64,000 nt of DNA from Histomonas meleagridis 2922-C6/04-290x. Taxonomy: Eukaryota > Protista > Parabasalia. The position numbers were made by a program, and so were the translations under genes. Every line of letters starts with the position of its first letter. The first letter of the stretch is position 1. The notes under the pieces are model-generated. The model made no database searches and was not told the origin of the DNA. It saw only the letters and a list, made by a program, of their open reading frames with translations. Location of the stretch: assembly GCA_020184695.1 (NCBI GenBank), contig JAANOX010000241.1, positions 372,001 through 436,000 of the forward strand. Reading direction: 5' to 3'. This document shows positions 56,604 through 64,000 of the stretch, piece after piece.

Positions 56604-57323
56604 TGTAAATAAATATTTATAAAATTATGTTTTGAATGATTAAGATATCGCTCAAATGAAATTTAAATCACTCATTCAAGCAAATATCATTTGTTTTTGA
56701 ACAAAAAACTGTTTTCAAGTTTATTTGCGCAAATATAGATTTTTTTCTCCAGGCAATATCCAGTAGGTAAAGAGAATTACAAAATTACAAAATTTGATGA
56801 CCTAATTACCGAATTACCGATGGTCATGTAAATCTTCAAAACTTTTACATTAAAATTTCAATATGAACTGTTTTTTACTAAAACGATGCGTTGAAATTTT
56901 TGGAGTATCAAAAAAAGAAAAGAAATTTTTATAGTTAAATAGAAAGCAGAACTATAAAAATTTTGAATATGATGATAAATTTATTTTGGGTAGCCGGATC
57001 GTACCAAAATTTTTTTGTATTTCACTAGTTGTCATAAATACACAGGAAAATAATTTGTTATTAAATCAAAATATGATCAAACTTACAATAATATTAAGCT
57101 GATTTTAAAAATGAGAAATTTCATTCGGCATTTTGGATAACATATCAAAACATGTAAACCTAATGATCAAATTTACAACGAATGTAATATAGGTTGAATA
57201 ATAGTCAGTTTCAAGAATGCTTCTACAAGTGTTCAATCTTGGATCAGATCTCCAAAATTTCATTTCCAAGTTATTAACGAAGCCAAACACACTTAGAATT
57301 CATAAGTAACAATTAGAAGATTT

Positions 57324-57995
57324 CTACAACATAAAAGTTTTACTTATGTTTTCACCTTTAGATTTGATATATTTGGATCGATTCATTTCGCTTTCGGGTT
57401 CTATTTTTATTCCCAAAAATTCCAAATTATTTGGTTCTCTCTTTGGCTGACTGAATAAATTCGGATGGGCTTGAACAAAAAACATTGGAAAATATGGCCC
57501 AAAGTAGCAACCATCAAGTTTAGAATTGCACGTGTATACATCTCTACATGATGGACAATATGTTTTGACTGTTGATTCGCCTGGGTTTGGAGATAAACCA
57601 ATTGGAAGTAATGGATGATGGTTGCATGAAATTCGTCTGCATGTTCCAAACATTTTTTGCTGATACTTACTAAGCATTGTATCAACACCAGGAAATGTGA
57701 GAATGTATCGAGAATGAATTAAGCCGTATAAAAGTTTTGATGATTCATTATATTGTGGGTCTCCATTGTCGGATAAAATATTGTTTAACGACTCATTGAA
57801 ATTTGGAACTATGCTTTTTAGACCATTCAAGTTGAAATTATCTTTAATATATAATTGATCAACAATACAAAGCCACTTATTTTTCCCCACAAAATCACTG
57901 ATCCACTTTGATACACATTTATTTACTACTATATTATCGCTTGGAGGATTATCTGATTTAAGATTTGGTGCTGTTTTCTTAAAAAATGTTTGCAT
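57324..57995 (-). CDS. CSNK2B: Casein kinase II regulatory subunit beta
   Basis: WISDF...YIKDNFNLNGL, LLYGLIHSRYIL, zinc ribbon FGTCRRISC...YCPSC and LDGCYFG. Probable ATG at 57995. Confidence 0.95.
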   Translation of the reverse strand: MQTFFKKTAPNLKSDNPPSDNIVVNKCVSKWISDFVGKNKWLCIVDQLYIKDNFNLNGLKSIVPNFNESLNNILSDNGDPQYNESSKLLYGLIHSRYILTFPGVDTMLSKYQQKMFGTCRRISCNHHPLLPIGLSPNPGESTVKTYCPSCRDVYTCNSKLDGCYFGPYFPMFFVQAHPNLFSQPKREPNNLEFLGIKIEPESEMNRSKYIKSKGENISKTFML

Positions 57996-58819
57996 AATGG
58001 GTAAGAAAATAAAGTATTCAAAAAACAAGAAGAGAATGAAATGCATATTTCATAGTTGAATCAATTGCTTGTAACATTTCCAAGATTTGCTAAACAACAA
58101 CATTGAATATATTAACAATTAAGCTGATTAAAGTAAAATTTTGGATTTATTTGATCATATTCAATTTTTTAAAAAAAGTTTAAATATGCTGTATTTTATT
58201 TAAATATCAAAAAATCATTCTTAAAAAATGATTTAATTTTATAATAGCCTTGTAAGAAAACGAAAATTTTCGTTGATATTTTGGCATATAATATTTTGAC
58301 ATTTTGATGTTGCAACCTTTTGACAAGCGGTTTTGGAGACTTTTGTTAACTGAATTCAATCAAACCACTCCTTAACATTGAATTTCGAAATTTCAACCAC
58401 TGAAAATTGTGAATTTAATTTGTCGGTTACGTTCAAATTTCTGTGCACATGGTGATCACTTTTGGACCTAAATAACGGATTTTTTGAGAAGGACAAGGTG
58501 GGGTGATCTGCGTTAAAACATGAAATTTCTTGTTTTTAGAGATTCTTTAAATATTTTTATAACATATTTAGAATTTAATTTTTTATAGAAAGTACGAAAA
58601 GTATTTTTAAAAATTATTGCCCAACAAGAAAAATTTTTTTGTTCATTTAGCCAAATTGTCAAAAATTTGATTTCTGAGCACAAGATTTTATAAATTTTGT
58701 AAACATCTCAATTTGCTGACTGATGGTATTCAAACCCGCACCGTATTTCAATTATAGAGAGTTGCAAATGAACTTTTTGATAGCATAGAATTCATTGATT
58801 GGCCTCTTCATTGTGATTT

Positions 58820-59314
58820 ATGGGAAGAATTAGGAAGAAATTTTTACCTGAAGAAGATAAAAAACTAAGAGAGCTTGTAGAAAAATATGGAGTGCATTCA
58901 TGGGAAACAATATCAGCTGAAATGAAAACAAGAAATGTCCGACAATGTCGAGAAAGATGGAAACATTACTTATCAATCGATTCAGAAAAAACGCCGTGGA
59001 CCCCAGAAGAAGACGCAATTTTAATCCAAAAAATAAATGAACTTGGTCATAAATGGACAAAAATTTCAAAGTTTTTACCAGGAAGATCAGATATACAAAT
59101 TAAGACAAGATGGATGAAGAAACTTAAGAACGCAAAGCAACGAATTGAAATTCCATTAACAATAGAAAAAAAGGATAATAGTTCTAATAAGGTTACTGAC
59201 GTCGTAAAACCTATGAATGAATACGAGATAAATTTTGAAGACATATTTGGAACAGATCATGATCAAGATGACCTATTTTGTGATTTTTTTGATGATCTTA
59301 GTGTAAATTTCTAA
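58820..59314 (+). CDS. R2R3 Myb-like DNA-binding protein
   Basis: KFLPEEDKKLRELV...RNVRQCRERWKHYL...WTPEEDAIL...GHKWTKISKFLPGRSDIQIKTRW. Confidence 0.95.
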   Translation: MGRIRKKFLPEEDKKLRELVEKYGVHSWETISAEMKTRNVRQCRERWKHYLSIDSEKTPWTPEEDAILIQKINELGHKWTKISKFLPGRSDIQIKTRWMKKLKNAKQRIEIPLTIEKKDNSSNKVTDVVKPMNEYEINFEDIFGTDHDQDDLFCDFFDDLSVNF

Positions 59315-59568
59315 TTATATGTTCAGTTTTTTTTGGTGAAGCACTTATCAATTAAATGCGCGGACTAATTAAACTATCTATTTTTTTATAAATAATTTAA
59401 TTTCATTTATTTGATAAGTAAATCTTTGAAAATTTATTTGATTTTATGTTTTTTGAAGTTATTTTCTTGAGTAATCATTTTAATATGCGGATAGAGTGTG
59501 ATGAGTCGTCATTCGTTGAAAAATTTTTCATGACAAAAAATGACCGTTAAAAAAAATATTATTTGTTT

Positions 59569-61719
59569 TTATGAATTTTCGTAAAGAATGTTGACAGCTC
59601 CAGTGACTTCGTTCTTACAATAAGGACAAACTTTTAGCGTATTAACTCGTTCTTTCAAGCAAATTTCGCATACACATAGGTGACCACATGGAAGCATTGC
59701 TGCAACAGCAGTTCTTCTTTTACAGCACAAACAAAATGACTCTCTTAATTCTGATTGTGACATTAAAGGTTTGTTGTTTTGTCCGAAAATTGTACCAGCT
59801 ACATATTCATCAGTTTTCACTTCTTCTTTTTGTTCATCACGTTCAGCAGCCAACGCCTTCATATATTTCGAAAATGTTAGTTTCACTCCTTGAGTTGGAT
59901 TTAATCCCTTATCATTTACACATCTTATATCAGCACCTGCTTTAATTAATGCTTCCACAACTTTTTTATCCATCTTTAAAGCGGCTAAATGTAATGGAGT
60001 ATTTTTAGCTGAATCAGTTACATTTAAAGGTGCGCCTGCCTCAATTAACATATTAACCATTTTCAAGTTACATAAGTCGGATGAAATGTGAAGTGGTGTT
60101 TGACCGTTATTATCCTGCACGGAGACGTTAACTTTGTACGATAGGAGGGCTTCCATGAATTTTTCTTGTTGCGTTTTGGCAGAGATGTGAAGTGGTGTTT
60201 GACCGTTAGCATCGGTTATGTTCATATCTGCACCAGAATCAAATAGCTTTTGAAGAACGTCAAGATGGCTTGAAATAACAGCTCTACTAACAGGACAATT
60301 ACCGTCTTTATCTTTCCCGTTAAGGTTTGCATGATTTTCAATAAACAAATTTACAAGTTCAATATCACCGCAAGTTGTTGCCAAATGTAAAGGAGTTTCT
60401 CTCATTTGATTTTGCGAATTAACATCAGCGCCACCATTAATTAAAAGTTTAGCAACTTCTACAGCATTACGAGTTGCGCATAAGTGTAATGGCGTATTTC
60501 CATCCTTAGCAGCAGCATTTGTAGCAGCGCCGGAACTTAATAAAATATTTACTATTGGAACATTAATGATTTCAACAGCATAATGTAATGGCGTTTTTCC
60601 TAATTCATCTTTGGCATTTACATCGCAATTTTTTTCTGTTAAAAACTTCACCATATCAATTTTTTCGAGTTCCACTGCTAAGTGTAAAGGCGTTTTTTGA
60701 TGTTCTCCTTTAGCATCGATGTTCACAGAATGCTCAACAAGAAAGTTTGCTACATCTTGATGACCTTCTTTCACTGCGTAATGGAGAGAAATATTTCCAT
60801 TTGCATCAGACGCATTTAAGTCTGCTAACGCTTTTTGAAGAGCCATCAAAATTTCAATTGAGCCACTTGCGCATGCTAAATGAATTGGCATTACGCCGGA
60901 CTCATTCGGCTCATTTACTGGCGCTCCTTGTACAGAGCAGACAGGAATTATGTTCGCATGTCCTCCTTCGGCTGCAAGATGTACAATCGTGGAACCATCT
61001 TTTGTTCGAGCTTGCGATGAGGCGCCAAGTTTAAGGAGCGTTTCGAGAATCTTTGGTTCGCCAAGTTTGGCCGCTATAAGAGCTGGTGTAAGACCTTCGT
61101 TATCGGCAAGATTCCAATTAACCCCATATTTTTTATTGCCTAGAAACTTGACCATATCAACACTACGGTAATAGATTGAAAGATGGGCAATGGATTGGCC
61201 TGCATTGTTTTGAAGATTTAAGGGTGGATTGAAATTACAAAACAATTGAAGAAGACCTGTGACTTTGTTAACCATGGTATAATGAAGTGGAGTGTTCCCA
61301 TCTTTGTCTTGGGCATTAATTGGGGCTTTAGCTTTGAGTAGTAAATCACATGTTTTCTTCATACCTTTAATGGCTGCATGATGAAGAACATTTCGGCCAT
61401 CATTATCTACATTGCTAATCGGGAATTTTTGTTTGTATAAAGGAAAAACAAGTGAATCTAAATCATTATCAATTGCAAACATCATTATATCACATCCATT
61501 ACTATCTCTACGTGCCATGTTGAATTTAGAATGAATAATGGAAAGAGCAATGTCCTTTTGACGGCATTTAACAGCATAAAAGAGTGGTGTTAATCCTTCT
61601 TCATTTTCGTCTTTAAGTGTATATCCATTTTTAAGTGATTCTTTGAAACCTCCAAGATCACCTTTTTTAATGGCATCCCAAATAGTTAAAGGTTCATTTT
61701 CTGTTTTTGGTTCTTCCAT
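59569..61719 (-). CDS. Ankyrin-repeat protein with C-terminal RING (putative E3 ligase)
   Basis: More than 15 GxTPLHxA repeats and C-terminal CLCC...LPCGHLCVCEIC...CPYC. ATG at 61719. Confidence 0.95.
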   Translation of the reverse strand: MEEPKTENEPLTIWDAIKKGDLGGFKESLKNGYTLKDENEEGLTPLFYAVKCRQKDIALSIIHSKFNMARRDSNGCDIMMFAIDNDLDSLVFPLYKQKFPISNVDNDGRNVLHHAAIKGMKKTCDLLLKAKAPINAQDKDGNTPLHYTMVNKVTGLLQLFCNFNPPLNLQNNAGQSIAHLSIYYRSVDMVKFLGNKKYGVNWNLADNEGLTPALIAAKLGEPKILETLLKLGASSQARTKDGSTIVHLAAEGGHANIIPVCSVQGAPVNEPNESGVMPIHLACASGSIEILMALQKALADLNASDANGNISLHYAVKEGHQDVANFLVEHSVNIDAKGEHQKTPLHLAVELEKIDMVKFLTEKNCDVNAKDELGKTPLHYAVEIINVPIVNILLSSGAATNAAAKDGNTPLHLCATRNAVEVAKLLINGGADVNSQNQMRETPLHLATTCGDIELVNLFIENHANLNGKDKDGNCPVSRAVISSHLDVLQKLFDSGADMNITDANGQTPLHISAKTQQEKFMEALLSYKVNVSVQDNNGQTPLHISSDLCNLKMVNMLIEAGAPLNVTDSAKNTPLHLAALKMDKKVVEALIKAGADIRCVNDKGLNPTQGVKLTFSKYMKALAAERDEQKEEVKTDEYVAGTIFGQNNKPLMSQSELRESFCLCCKRRTAVAAMLPCGHLCVCEICLKERVNTLKVCPYCKNEVTGAVNILYENS

Positions 61720-61849
61720 CTGCAATGTTTAAATGTACGTTTCTTCTTTTAATAGTTTACATTAAAAGTATATTTAAACGTACATTATAAAAAATTCAAA
61801 TTTAAAAAAATGTGAGCATTTGGAAATAATAATATTTTACTGACAACAA

Positions 61850-62146
61850 TTATTCTGTATTATGATTTGTTGTATCAACATTATTTTGTGTTTCAGGTTC
61901 ATTTGGATTATTTTTAATTAGAAACATTGCTAAACTTTCAACGGGATCTTCTGGCCTTTCTTTAACAATCCAAGAAATCCCTTCTAATAAAAGTGGAATA
62001 ACAGTTGCTTCCAGATATTCTTGTTTTGGAAGTGATCTAACAGGAATAGCATCCTGTAAATCTAAAGCAAGTTTTTCTAATCTTTCTGTTTCCTCAAGGT
62101 CATCTTGAAATTCTGGTTCTTCAAGAATTGATTCTTCTTCGCTCAT
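61850..62146 (-). CDS. Dpy-30 domain protein
   Basis: LPKQEYLEATVIPLLLEGISWIVKERPEDPVESLAMFLIKNNP; probable ATG at 62146. Confidence 0.9.
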   Translation of the reverse strand: MSEEESILEEPEFQDDLEETERLEKLALDLQDAIPVRSLPKQEYLEATVIPLLLEGISWIVKERPEDPVESLAMFLIKNNPNEPETQNNVDTTNHNTE

Positions 62147-62214
62147 TTTTTTCCCTCCTAAATGACAGTTTTGACTCAAATAGAAAACGTTTATTTTATT
62201 CAACAAATTTTAAA

Positions 62215-62799
62215 ATGAGTTCAAATTTTAATATTTCAGTGATTGGAGATACGACTGTAGGAAAAACATGTATTGCTAATGCAATCCTTAAAAAGCAATT
62301 TGATGATCAATTTGTGCCAACAATTGGTGCATCAATGTTTAAAGCGATTTATGATAATTCAGGGATAACAGAAACTTTCTATATTTGGGATACTGCAGGT
62401 ATGGAAAAATATCGAGCATTAGCACCTATTTATTATAGAGATTCAGTAGCCGCTATAGTTGTATATGATGTAACAAAACGCAACACTTTTGAAGGATTAA
62501 GTGATTGGATTAAATCATATCATGAATCTGCTGGCGAAAGTGCTCCAATTCTTATCGTTGGCAATAAAATTGATCTTGAAGATCGAAAAGTCCAATCTGA
62601 TGAAGGTTGTGATTTTGCTCAACAAAACAATTGTAAATTTCTTGAAGTATCAGCTAAAACAGGTGTTGGCATTGAAAATATCTTACCTATACTTAGTCAA
62701 CTTCTTTCATCTATTGATTTTGGAGATGAATATCTTGCTAAAAAAGAAGAAGCCCAAGTGCTTGATGAGGCACCCCAAACCAAAAAGTGCTGTAATTAG
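62215..62799 (+). CDS. Rab GTPase
   Basis: GDTTVGKT, WDTAGMEKY, NKID, EVSAKT and C-terminal CCN; probable ATG at 62215. Confidence 0.96.
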   Translation: MSSNFNISVIGDTTVGKTCIANAILKKQFDDQFVPTIGASMFKAIYDNSGITETFYIWDTAGMEKYRALAPIYYRDSVAAIVVYDVTKRNTFEGLSDWIKSYHESAGESAPILIVGNKIDLEDRKVQSDEGCDFAQQNNCKFLEVSAKTGVGIENILPILSQLLSSIDFGDEYLAKKEEAQVLDEAPQTKKCCN

Positions 62800-62832
62800 A
62801 AATAAACATTTGAAATTTGTTTTTAAATTTTA

Positions 62833-63258
62833 ATGAGCAGCAAACAGAAAATGGAACGATTTTTAGCTTCCTTAAAATATCGAACAGTCAATGAAATCAA
62901 TGCTCGAAATCGAATTAAAAAGGAAAAAATCAATCTTGAAGAAGATTTTAATAATATCAAATCTTCTACTTCTACTATTCTTTTTCGACGTCATTCACTA
63001 CCACAACGCCCTATTCATATACATGTAATTAACAACAAAAAAGTTAATACTACAGAAAATGTTAAACCTAAATATGTTCCAGCATCACCTTATCCACTTC
63101 CTATGTTACCAGCATCAATTAAAGCTACGCCACCCAGTCAAGTAGCGACTCGTACGTATAAATTATCACAACTTCGACCAACTCCAAATCAAATTGAATT
63201 CTCAAATCAAATCGACATCACACCAATTCCAGATATTTCCATAACCAAACTTACCTAA
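62833..63258 (+). CDS. Hypothetical basic/Pro-rich protein
   Basis: 141-aa ORF with ATG, 33 bp after the Rab stop. Confidence 0.6.
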   Translation: MSSKQKMERFLASLKYRTVNEINARNRIKKEKINLEEDFNNIKSSTSTILFRRHSLPQRPIHIHVINNKKVNTTENVKPKYVPASPYPLPMLPASIKATPPSQVATRTYKLSQLRPTPNQIEFSNQIDITPIPDISITKLT

Positions 63259-63280
63259 GATTATTATTTATTTTACTCAT

Positions 63281-64000
63281 CTAAGTTGTTTTCACAAGTG
63301 TATATTCTTTATCAGCTATCACAAGTTCTTCCAAATTTGTTAATTTCTTTTTTGTATTTTCATTATTTGTATTTTGGTTTTGACTTTGATAATCGAAGAA
63401 CGTTGCCTTCATTTTTGTTATATTATCTTCGTCATTATTAAAGTTACGTTTTAATGCGAAGTCCATTCTTCTCATTAATTGTTGTACTCTTCTTGTTGAT
63501 AATTTTTTCGGTGCACCATCATCATTAAATATGTTAATATTCTTTCGATGTTTTTTGTTCGTTTTTGTACATATTGGACATTTTTTCTTATTGTTAATAC
63601 AATTTTGATGGAATATATGTCCACACGGGAAAATATCGATTTTTTCCCCAAAGTTATGAGAGTATGTTGATCTTTTACATACGCCACATAAATTCGAAAC
63701 AACTTCGGTACCTTTAGTTGATTGTATATACACTCTTTCGATTAAGTTTAAGCAATCAGATGTTAATAATTCCCCTAAACCTCTTAAAATGTTTTTTCTA
63801 TAAGTGATTTGACTATATATGTTTTGAACAGCTTCATTATAAATACTTGTTTTTAATCCTGTGAAATGTAATGTCAAGATACAAAACACATGATAAACAA
63901 ATTGTTCATCAGTTGATATATTTAATGACCCATAAATGAAATAAGCAAATATTAATGCCGTCGTTTGTGATATATTATCTTTTGCAAATTGTGAATGATA
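63281..64000 (-). CDS. 3' part of a protein with C-terminal RING-H2 (Vps8/Vps41-like); 5' end lies beyond the window
   Basis: The frame is open to base 64000; CGVC...IFPCGHIFHQNC...CPIC follows a helical region. Confidence 0.8.
   Translation of the reverse strand, partial: YHSQFAKDNISQTTALIFAYFIYGSLNISTDEQFVYHVFCILTLHFTGLKTSIYNEAVQNIYSQITYRKNILRGLGELLTSDCLNLIERVYIQSTKGTEVVSNLCGVCKRSTYSHNFGEKIDIFPCGHIFHQNCINNKKKCPICTKTNKKHRKNINIFNDDGAPKKLSTRRVQQLMRRMDFALKRNFNNDEDNITKMKATFFDYQSQNQNTNNENTKKKLTNLEELVIADKEYTLVKTT

Noticed and set aside
30670-58730. AGTCAGC upstream of both Myb genes (about 30679 plus; about 58714 minus)
   Set aside because: A 7-mer in opposite orientations and at different distances is too weak to support a shared element.
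62128-62214. N-terminal extension of the Rab, and the reciprocal extension of Dpy-30 to 62206
   Set aside because: The extensions use non-ATG or overlapping starts; conserved domains begin at ATG 62215 and ATG 62146.

Overview
AT-rich eukaryotic DNA from a parabasalid (trichomonad-like) protist. The assignment rests on intronless genes, TCAYT initiator and RRCGGTTT core-promoter motifs, BspA-like LRR surface proteins, R2R3 Myb factors and multiple Rabs. The window alternates between dense housekeeping blocks (Rabs, TBC RabGAP, Kelch, CK2-beta, Myb, ankyrin-RING, Dpy-30, Vps8/41-like RING) and decaying accessory blocks (about 0-10 kb and 40-54 kb). The accessory blocks hold surface-protein pseudogenes, a full-length dead DD34D mariner and a CDC5L relic. 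The most interesting observations are: (1) a 9.6-kb endolysosomal cluster of two inverted papain-family proteases with no I29 prodomain, a legumain, a BspA and a tetraspanin, where three genes share the upstream 13-mer GACATGTGATGTG and the proteases share a 131-bp conversion-like tract; (2) a broken surface-protein gene combining a transglutaminase-like domain with bacterial-type GA (albumin-binding-like) modules; (3) a non-coding repeat unit ending in a perfect 28-bp hairpin; (4) a near-identical 675-bp BspA cassette joined in frame to two unrelated upstream sequences; (5) a membrane-anchored beta-helix enzyme of probable bacterial origin. All family assignments come from motif recognition by eye; no database searches were run. 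Several frameshifts lie in homopolymers and may be assembly errors.
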